DNA of 55,691 nucleotides from an uncultured bacterium (lineage in GTDB: Bacteria; RBG-13-61-14; DATKZS01): contig CAYQTK010000003.1 of the NCBI GenBank assembly GCA_964420375.1, forward strand, positions 1-55,691, in the 5' to 3' direction. This document shows, one piece after another, positions 9,274 through 18,037 of this stretch. Within the stretch, counting starts at the first letter, position 1; each line of letters begins with the position of its first letter. The notes below the pieces were generated by a model. It ran no database searches and was not told where the DNA came from. It saw only the letters and a program-made list of their open reading frames with translations. The position numbers were made by a program, and so were the translations under genes.

Positions 9274-10146
9274 CTAAAGAAAGCTCATTGCTGCGACCAC
9301 GAGTTTATCAGCGATGGCGGTAATGGTAAAGTCGATCACGATTATGATAAGTATCGAGGTCACCACAGCCCTGGTGGTGGCTAGACCCACCCCCCGGGCT
9401 CCGCCCACGCAGCGGAATCCGTAAAAGCAGCTCACGATGGGCACCACCCAGCCCAGGGCCACCGACTTCAAGATGAGGTTTATGAAGTCCGGCCAGGCCA
9501 CGTAAGAGTTCATTATACTGATATAGGACTGCATGTTAAAGGCGGGACGGCTGGCCAGGTATCCTCCGACAATGCAGCAGAAAAGTCCGATGATGCTGAG
9601 ACTGACCTGCATGACCATGCAGGCCGCGAAACGGGGAACAGCCAGGTAATGAACCGGGCTGACCCCCATGAGCTTCAAGGCGTCCACCTGGTCGGTGGTG
9701 TTCATGCTGCCTATCTCCGCGGTAAAGCCCGCGCCCACCTTGGCGGCCATCATGCAGGCGACCACGGTGGGACCGAACTCCCGGAAGAAAAGCAGGCCGG
9801 CCACACCCGGCACCAGGCTGGTGTTATGGAGAAGCCGGGAGAGCTGGAAGTTAAGCTCCAGCACGACGATCATGCCCATGAACCCCAGGGTTATTGCGAT
9901 AAGGGGCAGGGACTTCCAGCCGGCGAGCTCCGCCTGCGATATCATCAGTCTGATCCGGTAGGGCGGCCGGAGAAGATATAAGAGCGTCTCCACCAGGAGC
10001 TTGGCTATGCCCCCCAGTGTGTCCAGGAAACCGAGGATGGCCCCGCCGATGCCCCGCACGGTGATGCCCATCCTGGCGATGTAAAGTATCTGGTCCAGGG
10101 TGATAAGGATCACCCGCAAGGTGGGGTTCTTTATCCTCGTGCTCAT
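9274..10146 (-). CDS. mlaE: MlaE/YrbE-family ABC permease (B copy)
   Basis: REFGP, KVGAGFTAEIGSM, QVDALKLMG, GGARGVGLATTRAVV; start at ATG 10146 overlapping the upstream stop. Confidence 0.9.
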   Translation of the reverse strand: MSTRIKNPTLRVILITLDQILYIARMGITVRGIGGAILGFLDTLGGIAKLLVETLLYLLRPPYRIRLMISQAELAGWKSLPLIAITLGFMGMIVVLELNFQLSRLLHNTSLVPGVAGLLFFREFGPTVVACMMAAKVGAGFTAEIGSMNTTDQVDALKLMGVSPVHYLAVPRFAACMVMQVSLSIIGLFCCIVGGYLASRPAFNMQSYISIMNSYVAWPDFINLILKSVALGWVVPIVSCFYGFRCVGGARGVGLATTRAVVTSILIIIVIDFTITAIADKLVVAAMSFL

Positions 10147-11003
10147 GGTATCTCCATAAAGAAAAGAAATCTTTCGGCAACCTCGAAGGTGATCGAAGCC
10201 ACCCGGGCGATAATATAGTCCGCCAGGAAAATGGCAATGGAGCTGGTCACCAGGCAGGAGTTGACCGACCTGCCCACCCCTTCCGAGCCTCCCTCGGTAT
10301 AAAGGCCCTTGTAACAGCACACCGTTGACAGGACGACCCCGAAAAGAAGGCTCTTGAGCATGCCGTTGGACAAGGCCCAGGCAGCAGCCAGGCTGCGGAT
10401 GCTGGCGAAGTACTTGCCGAGACCCATGTCAGCCAAAAGGTAAGCGGAAAGCGCTCCCCCCGCGGTGGCGATGATCAGGCCCAGAATGGTCAGGATGAAG
10501 ATCATGACCGTCACCGCCAGGAAACGGGGGACCACCAGGAACTGGATGGGGTCCGCGCCCAGGCAGCGCACCGCGTCCACCTGCTCGGTCACCTTCATAG
10601 TCCCCAGCTCCGCGGTAATGTAAGCCCCCACCCGGGCGGCGATCATCACCGACACCAGCACCGGCCCGACCTCCCGCAGGATACCCGAGGTCGTCACTCC
10701 TCCCAGGTACTGAAGTGTGCCCGTGCCGAATTGGGAAAGCGCGTAATGAAACTGTATGGAAACGATGGCCCCCACAAAAAGGCCGGCCAGGCCCACTACC
10801 GGGATGGACCGGACTCCCACCTGGTAAAGCTGAATGATCAGCTCGCGGATCTCGAACGGGCGGCGGAAACCGCTCCGGATCACCTTGAGCAGGAAGATCA
10901 GCATTCCCCCGACCTCAAAAAGCACGGGTCCCAGCCAGGTGAAGAGATACCCCGTCACCATGAACGGGACCTGCCAGACAAGATTAAGAACCCGCTTTAT
11001 CAA
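10143..11003 (-). CDS. mlaE: MlaE/YrbE-family ABC permease (A copy)
   Basis: REVGP, RVGAYITAELGTMKVTEQVDA, GGSEGVG motifs. Start uncertain (TTG 11003 has GAGG upstream; ORF is open to 11090). Confidence 0.9.
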   Translation of the reverse strand: MIKRVLNLVWQVPFMVTGYLFTWLGPVLFEVGGMLIFLLKVIRSGFRRPFEIRELIIQLYQVGVRSIPVVGLAGLFVGAIVSIQFHYALSQFGTGTLQYLGGVTTSGILREVGPVLVSVMIAARVGAYITAELGTMKVTEQVDAVRCLGADPIQFLVVPRFLAVTVMIFILTILGLIIATAGGALSAYLLADMGLGKYFASIRSLAAAWALSNGMLKSLLFGVVLSTVCCYKGLYTEGGSEGVGRSVNSCLVTSSIAIFLADYIIARVASITFEVAERFLFFMEIP

Positions 11004-11730
11004 CCTCTGTTCCCCCACGGAACTCGGCAACCGCCGGATCATCGCTCGATTTGAACTCGTCCACCGTGCCCACGAAACGAAAATCGCCATTGTAAAGAAG
11101 ACCCACCCGGTCGGCGATCTTGGACATGCTTTCCAGGTCGTGACTCACCACTATGGCGGTGGCCCCTATTTTTTGGTTGAGCTTGAGAATCAGCTCGTTT
11201 ATCCGGTCGGCGGTAAAGGGATCAAGACCGGTGGTGGGCTCGTCGTAAAGAACATATGCCGGAGAAAGGATAACCGTACGGGCAAGTCCGACCCGCTTCT
11301 GCTCGCCGAAGCTGAGCTCGTGCGGCAGGCGCAGCGCTATGGAAAAGTCCAGGTCAACGTCTTCCAAAGAACTCTTGACACGTTCTGCGATCTCGTCCTC
11401 GGAAAGATTGCCCAGACGCCGCAGACCGAATGCCACGTTCTCGAGCACGGTCATCGAGTCGAACAGGGTGGGAAGCTGAAATACCATGCCGCACTTCTTG
11501 CGGATGCGCTGAAACTCCGGCTCCGACAAACCGGTGATATCTTCTCCGTCAATGCGGACCTCGCCGCTGTCAACCCGGAGAAGGCCCACCAGCAGACGGA
11601 TCATCACCGTCTTGCCCGCGCCGGTCTGGCCCAGCACAAAAAAGGTCTCGCCGTCCCGGACAGTGAGGTGTATGCCCCCTAAAACAAGGTTTTCGCCAAA
11701 GCTCTTCCACACGTTGTTGTACTCGATCAT
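10984..11730 (-). CDS. mlaF: MlaF/Mkl-family ABC ATPase
   Basis: Walker A GQTGAGKT, VFQ Q-loop, LSFGE (variant signature), YDEPTTGLDP, SHD; start at ATG 11730. Confidence 0.9.
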   Translation of the reverse strand: MIEYNNVWKSFGENLVLGGIHLTVRDGETFFVLGQTGAGKTVMIRLLVGLLRVDSGEVRIDGEDITGLSEPEFQRIRKKCGMVFQLPTLFDSMTVLENVAFGLRRLGNLSEDEIAERVKSSLEDVDLDFSIALRLPHELSFGEQKRVGLARTVILSPAYVLYDEPTTGLDPFTADRINELILKLNQKIGATAIVVSHDLESMSKIADRVGLLYNGDFRFVGTVDEFKSSDDPAVAEFRGGTEVDKAGS

Positions 11731-11734
11731 GGCT

Positions 11735-12481
11735 CTAAGCCCGGTCCTTTCTTGGAGGCTCGCTCTCGTCAAGCTCGGGCAGGTGCAGGGAGGACAACCT
11801 CTGCGGCGGTCCCAGCTCGCGGGCTTTCCCTTGCCGGAGCAACACCGCCCGGTCCGCTGTCTTCTGCGCCACCGCAAGCTGATTGGTCACTACAATGCCG
11901 GACTGACCATCGCCGCGCAGCTCGGCTATCATCTTTGAGATCACCGCGGAGGTAATGGGATCGAGTCCCGCGGTGGGGTCGTCATAAAAAACCACCTCGG
12001 GGTTGTGGGCGATGGCCCGGGCTATGCCGACCCGCTTCTTCATGCCGCCGGAGAGCTCGCAGGGGTACTTGTCGCCGATAGGACCGAGCCGGAGCCGCTC
12101 CAGAAGCCCGTTCACCCTGCCGGCGATCTCCCCTCGGTCCAGACACAGGACCTCCTGGAGTACAAAGCCTATGTTCCCGGAGACCGTCATGGAGTCGAAA
12201 AGCGCATTGCCCTGGAAAAGCATGCCTGCCGACCTGCGGATTTTATCCGCGTTGCCCCCCTGCGAAGAGCTCATCGAGTATCCCGCCACCGACACCTCGC
12301 CCGACTCGATCTCCACCAGACCCACCAGGCACCTTAAAAACGTGCTCTTGCCCGACCCGGAAACACCCATGAGAGCAACCATCTCTCCCCGGTCCACCGC
12401 AAGGTCTACGCCGTCAAGGACCACACGGTCACCCAGGCTGACCCGCAACCCCCGGGCTTGGATTATCTTCGGCTCAGCCAT
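11735..12481 (-). CDS. mlaF: Second MlaF/Mkl-family ABC ATPase
   Basis: GVSGSGKS, LSGGMKKRV, YDDPTAGLDP (E to D), VTNQ in place of the His switch. Confidence 0.88.
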   Translation of the reverse strand: MAEPKIIQARGLRVSLGDRVVLDGVDLAVDRGEMVALMGVSGSGKSTFLRCLVGLVEIESGEVSVAGYSMSSSQGGNADKIRRSAGMLFQGNALFDSMTVSGNIGFVLQEVLCLDRGEIAGRVNGLLERLRLGPIGDKYPCELSGGMKKRVGIARAIAHNPEVVFYDDPTAGLDPITSAVISKMIAELRGDGQSGIVVTNQLAVAQKTADRAVLLRQGKARELGPPQRLSSLHLPELDESEPPRKDRA

Positions 12482-12502
12482 AAAGACCTCGCTGTCGAAA
12501 AA

Positions 12503-13384
12503 CTATGGCGTCCGTATCCGGGCCAGGACCGCCATGTGATCGGAAGGGCGGCGGTCGTTGCCATAGGTGTCGTCAAGCACTTCGTAAGAGAGGACCTCCA
12601 TCCCCCCGGACACGAAGATGTAATCGATCCGTTTTTTGGGATCGGAGCCCGGCAGGAAGTTCCGGGAGGTTTCATAAGGTCCTTGGGGATCGCTTGTAGA
12701 TATCTTCCTGCCGTCCCGGAAGTGTTCGGTCATGACCTGGTAGGGACGCGATTCGGGAGTGGCGTTGAAATCGCCGGTCACCACTATGGGAGAGTCCCCC
12801 GCGATCTCACCCGCTTTTGCTGACAGGAGCTTCGCGCTTTCCAACCTCGCTTTCCTGCTGACGTGATCGAAGTGGGTGTTGAAGATATAAAAGACCTTGC
12901 CGGTCTCCAGGTCCCGAAGCTTCCCCCAGGTAACGATGCGGGGAAACGACGATTTCCAGGAGATGGAGCCGGCTTTCCCCGGCGTCTCGGAGAGCCAGAA
13001 GGTCCCGTGTTCCTGAAGCTCGAAACGGTCACTCTTGTAAAACACATTGCATCTTTCGCCGATATGTCTGCCGTCGGCGCGGGGCCGGCCGAAGCTCTCG
13101 TACTCCGGCAGCATCCGCTCCAGGTCCCGAAGCTGAAGTGCCTTGACCTCCTGGAAGCCGATAACCTCGGGGGAGTAGCGGCGGATATGATCTCCCACTT
13201 CTTCGGAGCGGAAAAACCACATGTCAAGCCCGTCCTCCAGGGCTATGCAGCGGATGTTAAAGCTCATGACGCGGACAGCAGGACCATTGTCCTGACCTGC
13301 CGCCGGTGATACCAAAACCCACAGGCAACCGGCAAAAACCAGCGGTGCCGCGGCCGACGTAATCCTTTGCTTTGAAAATCTCAT
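12503..13384 (-). CDS. Exported endonuclease/exonuclease/phosphatase (EEP) family protein
   Basis: Signal peptide; MSFNIR, GFQE, FWLSETP, NTHFDH, GDFN, IDYIF, PSDH motifs. Confidence 0.92.
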   Translation of the reverse strand: MRFSKQRITSAAAPLVFAGCLWVLVSPAAGQDNGPAVRVMSFNIRCIALEDGLDMWFFRSEEVGDHIRRYSPEVIGFQEVKALQLRDLERMLPEYESFGRPRADGRHIGERCNVFYKSDRFELQEHGTFWLSETPGKAGSISWKSSFPRIVTWGKLRDLETGKVFYIFNTHFDHVSRKARLESAKLLSAKAGEIAGDSPIVVTGDFNATPESRPYQVMTEHFRDGRKISTSDPQGPYETSRNFLPGSDPKKRIDYIFVSGGMEVLSYEVLDDTYGNDRRPSDHMAVLARIRTP

Positions 13385-13388
13385 GACA

Positions 13389-14501
13389 TCATCCCTTCTT
13401 GTCTGTCGTCACTTGTCCGGTCTTCCACTTTTCGACCCGGTCCTCTATTACCTCGTGGCCCATGCCCGGCTCGTTGCGAAGCTCGATTACCCCGTCCTCC
13501 ATTACCACCGGCGGGTCGATTATGTCCTCCTCCCAGTAACGGTCACTAGCCGAGATGTCGCCCGGCAGGGAGAACTCGCCGAGGCTGTTCAACGCCAGGT
13601 TGTGCGCCCGCCCTACCCCGCTCTCCAGCATGCCTCCGCACCACACGGCAAGACCGTGGAACACGCTCTCCCGCGCCATCTGCCGGGCATTCTGGAGTCC
13701 GCCCACCCTGCCGAACTTCAGGTTCACGATGCGGCAGGAACCCAGCGCTATTGCAGAGTAAAGATGGTGTATGTTCAAAATGGACTCGTCAAGGCAGATG
13801 TGGGTGCGCAGCCTTTTTTGGAGGTCGGCGTGGTTCACCAGGTCGCACGACGAAAGCGGCTGCTCGATCATGATGAGATGGAAACGGTCAAGGGTCTGAA
13901 GCCGGTCCAGGTCATCCAGGATATACGAACAGTTGGCGTCCACCATCAGGGGAAAGTAATCGAAGTACTCCCGGATGGCCCCCACCACCGAAACGTCCTG
14001 GCCGGGCTTGATCTTGATCTTGACGCGCCGGTAACCTTCCGAAAGAGAGCTTTCAATGTTGCTGAAAAGAGCGCCCTGGTCGTTCTCGATGCCAATGCTG
14101 ACCCCCGCCTCGATTTCCGTCCGGCTTCCGTCCAGCCACTCGTAAACCGGAATGTTCCTGCTCCGGCAGTAAAGATCAATGAAAGCGGTCTCCAGCCCGG
14201 TGGTGGTGAAGGGGAACCCCTTGATCGCCTCCAGCGCGGAAAGGAACTCCCGGGGGGACTCGAACTCCTGACCCGCAATCAGCGGGAAAAAGTATTTCTC
14301 CAACGCCAGCAGGCATATGGGAGGCGTCTCCCCGCAATAATCCGGATACTCGCAAACCGCGGCTTCGCCCCAGCCCGCAAGACCTTCGGACATGAGCTTT
14401 ACAAGCACAACCTCACGCTCCGTCTGCCTGCCGTAGCTGGTCTCGAAAGCATTCTTTAAAGGCATCTTGATAGAACAGGCATCCGCCCTCTCTATCTTCA
14501 T
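13389..14501 (-). CDS. menC: N-succinylamino acid racemase / o-succinylbenzoate synthase (NSAR/OSBS subfamily, enolase superfamily)
   Basis: FETSYG, KIKI, VDAN, IEQP, LDES, NLKFGRVGG, GGMLESGVGRA, PGDISASDRYW. Confidence 0.88.
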   Translation of the reverse strand: MKIERADACSIKMPLKNAFETSYGRQTEREVVLVKLMSEGLAGWGEAAVCEYPDYCGETPPICLLALEKYFFPLIAGQEFESPREFLSALEAIKGFPFTTTGLETAFIDLYCRSRNIPVYEWLDGSRTEIEAGVSIGIENDQGALFSNIESSLSEGYRRVKIKIKPGQDVSVVGAIREYFDYFPLMVDANCSYILDDLDRLQTLDRFHLIMIEQPLSSCDLVNHADLQKRLRTHICLDESILNIHHLYSAIALGSCRIVNLKFGRVGGLQNARQMARESVFHGLAVWCGGMLESGVGRAHNLALNSLGEFSLPGDISASDRYWEEDIIDPPVVMEDGVIELRNEPGMGHEVIEDRVEKWKTGQVTTDKKG

Positions 14502-15379
14502 TAAACGTCCTCCTTTTCCAGAATGTAATAGTTGGCCCTGTCCGGCCCCCGCCGGGGCATCATGGCGGTAACGGCGTATCCCTGGCCGAAAAGACCGGAC
14601 ATAAGACCTCTCAGCCGAAGCAGGCGGGAGTTGGCTTCATGGTAATCCCGCGCCGCCAGCTCGTGGACTCCCTCCGGAATCCGGACCAGCAGAGGTCCGG
14701 AACCGTCCGGCTGTGGAGATTCCTCGTAGATAGTGACTATTGTATCACCAGCGTAAACCGCCTCCAATTCGTCGGGGGAAGGTATCTTGCCCTGAAGGCG
14801 TTCTTTTACCCTTGGGCTCTCCGGTCTCCATTCCAGGAGTAGGCGGTCGGTGGGAAGGCCCGGATCAAAGCTTCCTCCCATGCTGCCGTAGAGGTCCGGA
14901 AGATAATGCCGGCAGACTGCTCCCAGCTTGCGGAAGTTCAGGTTGGCGTTTGCCGCCTGCAAGGGATCAAAGGTCCAGGTTATCAGCTCCACCCCGTGGC
15001 GGGCAGCAAAAAGGGCATGCGCCCGCTTGGCCTCCATGCCCAGGCCCAGAGAGCGGTACTCCGGAAGAAAACCCATGAAGTTCGAGTGGTGGTGGTATCC
15101 CCATTCCGGAGTGAAAGCGGGCATCACGTAAACCACGCCCGCGCGCGCGCCGTCAACCTCAATGCCCAGGATGAGACCACCCGTCTTGGCCGTCACCACT
15201 GCCTCGTGAAGAGGTATCTCCTCTTTTGCCGTGAACCCCCAGATGCGGTTCAAAAGCTCCAGGTAGGGGCCGATCTCGGAGTCGGTCAACAAAAGCTCCG
15301 CCATAAGCTTCCGTCCGGAGGACTCCTTGGTATAGCGCTTTTCGGGTATTGTCTCTTGAAAACCGTAGCCCGCGAACAT
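14501..15379 (-). CDS. GNAT-superfamily acyl(succinyl)transferase partner of NSAR
   Basis: HHSNFMG..PEYRSLGLG, ITWTFDPLQAANANLNFRKLGA, YG..G.LPTDRL; GGGAGG RBS before ATG 15379; TAATG overlap with menC. Confidence 0.85.
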   Translation of the reverse strand: MFAGYGFQETIPEKRYTKESSGRKLMAELLLTDSEIGPYLELLNRIWGFTAKEEIPLHEAVVTAKTGGLILGIEVDGARAGVVYVMPAFTPEWGYHHHSNFMGFLPEYRSLGLGMEAKRAHALFAARHGVELITWTFDPLQAANANLNFRKLGAVCRHYLPDLYGSMGGSFDPGLPTDRLLLEWRPESPRVKERLQGKIPSPDELEAVYAGDTIVTIYEESPQPDGSGPLLVRIPEGVHELAARDYHEANSRLLRLRGLMSGLFGQGYAVTAMMPRRGPDRANYYILEKEDV

Positions 15380-15612
15380 AGAGCCTCCCCTTGTCTTTGA
15401 CCGGGCCGGACCCGCAGCCCGCGCGTCCCGTAAGTTTTCCCATATCACGTCGCAATCGCGTCTGCAAGACCGGTTGTTTCCGTCAGCCCGGGTCGCCGGA
15501 TATGATCGGCAAAGCGGCCTCTTCCCACGGGAACAGGGAACGGGCTCTTTGACTGGCGTGCGGCTTTGATGCAATTATACTTCAATAAAACACATTAAGG
15601 GTAACAGAGATA

Positions 15613-16683
15613 ATGGAAAAAATGTGCACGCGAAGACTCGCTTTCCGATTTTTGCTGATTATTTGCAGTACTATCATCGCGCTTCTGGCGGCCGAGCTAG
15701 CGCTCAGGGTCACCGGCTATTGCCCGCGGGTCATGAAAGGCAGGTCCGGCGGATGGGGCAGTCAACCCGTACTTGCAAAGGACACGCCGGAAGGAGTGCT
15801 TTACATCTTCAAACCGGACCAGGTGCTCTCTGAGCATTGGATCAATAACCCCCGCGGGTACTTCGATTACAAAAACGACGGCCTCCGTTACCGGATTAAC
15901 AACCGAGGTTTTCGTGGAAAGGATTATCAAAAGTCAAAAACCGGTGGATTCCGGATAGCTTTTCTGGGGGATTCCCTGTGCTGGGGACAGGGTGTCAAAA
16001 GAGAAGACAGGTTCACCGAGATTCTACAAACGAAGCTGAACACCAGCGGGGAGCTTGACACCGAGTTCGAGGTCTATAACTTCGGCCTTCCCGGTTACTC
16101 CCTTGTCAACGAGGTGAATCTTTTCAGAGAGACGGTCCTGGATTTCAAGCCCGACATGGCGGCCATCCTTTTTTATATCAACGACATCGACCCCCGCTTC
16201 GGCAGAGGAGTGATGACCTTTATGGGCGGCAACAAGAGCATGAAGAAATTGAGGCAATACAGTTACCTCGCCGACCTGATCGTCGGCAGGATCGACGAAA
16301 GCAAGGGTGAGAAGCGGGTAATCGAGTTCTACCAGAGGTTTTACAAAAAAGGCAATAAGCACTTTGTGAACATGGAAAAGGCGCTGGAGGAGTTCGCCGC
16401 GCTGTGCCGTGAAAACGATATAGTGCCGCTGGTGGCGATTCATCCGGTGTTGATGAGGCTTGACGACTCCCATCCTTTCCTGGAGCAGCACGCCATGGTT
16501 AAAAAGATATGCAGGAAAAACGATATCATGGTGCTTGACCTTTTCGAGGCCTATAAGGGAAGGGACGGCTACAGCCTGTGGGTCCATCCCACTGACGGGC
16601 ATCCCAACCAGAAAGGACATGAGATCACTGCCGAAGCCCTGGCAAGGTTCATTAAAGCCCGCCAAGAGAAAATATCAGAATAA
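15613..16683 (+). CDS. Membrane-anchored SGNH/GDSL hydrolase
   Basis: N-terminal TM 'LLAAELALR', INNRGFRG, LGDS, NFGLPGY, ND, DGHPN..GH. Confidence 0.88.
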   Translation: MEKMCTRRLAFRFLLIICSTIIALLAAELALRVTGYCPRVMKGRSGGWGSQPVLAKDTPEGVLYIFKPDQVLSEHWINNPRGYFDYKNDGLRYRINNRGFRGKDYQKSKTGGFRIAFLGDSLCWGQGVKREDRFTEILQTKLNTSGELDTEFEVYNFGLPGYSLVNEVNLFRETVLDFKPDMAAILFYINDIDPRFGRGVMTFMGGNKSMKKLRQYSYLADLIVGRIDESKGEKRVIEFYQRFYKKGNKHFVNMEKALEEFAALCRENDIVPLVAIHPVLMRLDDSHPFLEQHAMVKKICRKNDIMVLDLFEAYKGRDGYSLWVHPTDGHPNQKGHEITAEALARFIKARQEKISE

Positions 16684-16772
16684 TGCCGGCCGACGGAACA
16701 CGTTCATGCCCTGTGGCACCACTTCATGCAGGCTGCAAGAGAATCATCCTCGTTTACAGCAAGGCTCCTTGC

Positions 16773-17639
16773 TCATTTCGGCGCGGAGCGGGCGCACCGG
16801 AAGCCGTAGTTGTCGGTTTCCATGGAGGAGAACATGTGGTCCCGGGCGGCCGTTCGAAGGTCGTCCTTGTAGTCCCAGCTTCCTCCCCTTAAAACGCGCC
16901 AGTCTCCAGAGTCGGGGCCTTTCGGGTTGTTTGCGGTTTTATTGTCCGCACAAAGCTTATAATAGTCGGGACCATACCAGTCCGCGGTCCACTCTCCCAC
17001 GTTGCCTCCCATATCGAAAAGACCGTAGCCGTTTGGCGGATACTTCCCCGCCTGCGATGTGTCTTGGGGGTCTTGCTCGGCGTGGTAATAATTGGCGTCA
17101 TTTTTACTGATGGAGTTTCCACACGGATATCGCTTGCCGGAAAGACCTCCCCTGGCCGCATATTCCCACTCCGCCTCGGTAGGAAGGCGCTTGCCGGCAA
17201 ACTCGCAGTAGTTGCGGGCCTGCTTCCAGTCGACGTAGATCACCGGATAGTCGCCATAGGCCGCGTCCCTAAAATATGATTTCCTGGTGTGGCTGCTCTC
17301 TTCCTGGGGAGGAGAACACTTGCCGGCGTCCAGACATTCTCCGTACTCAGCGTTGGTCACCTCATGGAGGTCCATGAAAAAGTCCTCCGAAAAGCACACC
17401 TTGTGAACCGGTAGCTCGTCCTTTTTACCTTCATTGAAATGATCTCCCATCATGAAGCATCCGGAGGGTATCCTGGCCATGCCTCGGGGTGCCCGCTTCT
17501 TTTTTGCCGGCCTTTTATCCCCCGAGCCTGTGTTTGTCCAACCGGGACCATCGTTTGTGCCCTCCTTTTCGCAGGCCGGCGTCACCATGCACAACACTCC
17601 GACCAGGAAAAGAAAAGGCAATCTCCATGTGTGTTTCAT
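16773..17639 (-). CDS. Formylglycine-generating-enzyme-fold (SUMF1/FGE-sulfatase) lipoprotein
   Basis: Lipobox-like VTPAC; EVTNAEY, RLPTEAEWEYAARGG, NGYGLFDMGGNVGEW, RGGSW, GFRCA. Confidence 0.9.
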   Translation of the reverse strand: MKHTWRLPFLFLVGVLCMVTPACEKEGTNDGPGWTNTGSGDKRPAKKKRAPRGMARIPSGCFMMGDHFNEGKKDELPVHKVCFSEDFFMDLHEVTNAEYGECLDAGKCSPPQEESSHTRKSYFRDAAYGDYPVIYVDWKQARNYCEFAGKRLPTEAEWEYAARGGLSGKRYPCGNSISKNDANYYHAEQDPQDTSQAGKYPPNGYGLFDMGGNVGEWTADWYGPDYYKLCADNKTANNPKGPDSGDWRVLRGGSWDYKDDLRTAARDHMFSSMETDNYGFRCARSAPK

Positions 17640-17908
17640 ACTTCCCTGCCTTTCTCCTGTGTGGCTTTTCTACAAGATTATAACCGTTTTCCGTCGGACT
17701 TGTAAAGACCGGGGCTGCCTTTCATTCCAGCTCCTGACCCATGTTCCGTGCCGAACCCCCTCAAAATACCCTGCCTTTATAACCGCCGCCAAAAGGGCAT
17801 TACTCCCCTATCGACTCGAAACATCAAAACCAGCGTCCAACCGGCCCCCAAACTCTAACCGCCAAAACACCCTCCCGAATCTTCGGGGCTGCGTTTTTTC
17901 CCTGTTGA

Positions 17909-17937
17909 TTGAAGATACTCTCCGGTGATGCTATTAT
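17909..17937 (+). promoter_or_regulatory. Putative sigma70 promoter of ftsH
   Basis: TTGAAG-17 bp-TATTAT with extended -10 TG, about 100 bp upstream of the start. Confidence 0.4.
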
Positions 17938-18037
17938 AAATTAAACAAGTCAGAAACAGTAATGCAAGGTCCGGTTAAGGCGGTTCTCAGCCGGAAGATT
18001 TTATCTTATAATACGGTCAATAAGGGAGACGACTGTT

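Noticed and set aside
13389-14501. Menaquinone biosynthesis locus
   Set aside because: No other men genes are nearby; the GNAT partner points to racemase function.
16773-16900. FGE/CLec-fold C-terminus as a possible diversity-generating retroelement target
   Set aside because: No reverse transcriptase and no template repeat are visible in the window.
17700-17900. C/A-skewed intergenic tract upstream of ftsH and the 158-aa ORF over it
   Set aside because: No repeat unit, RBS or protein-like composition; treated as a divergent promoter region.
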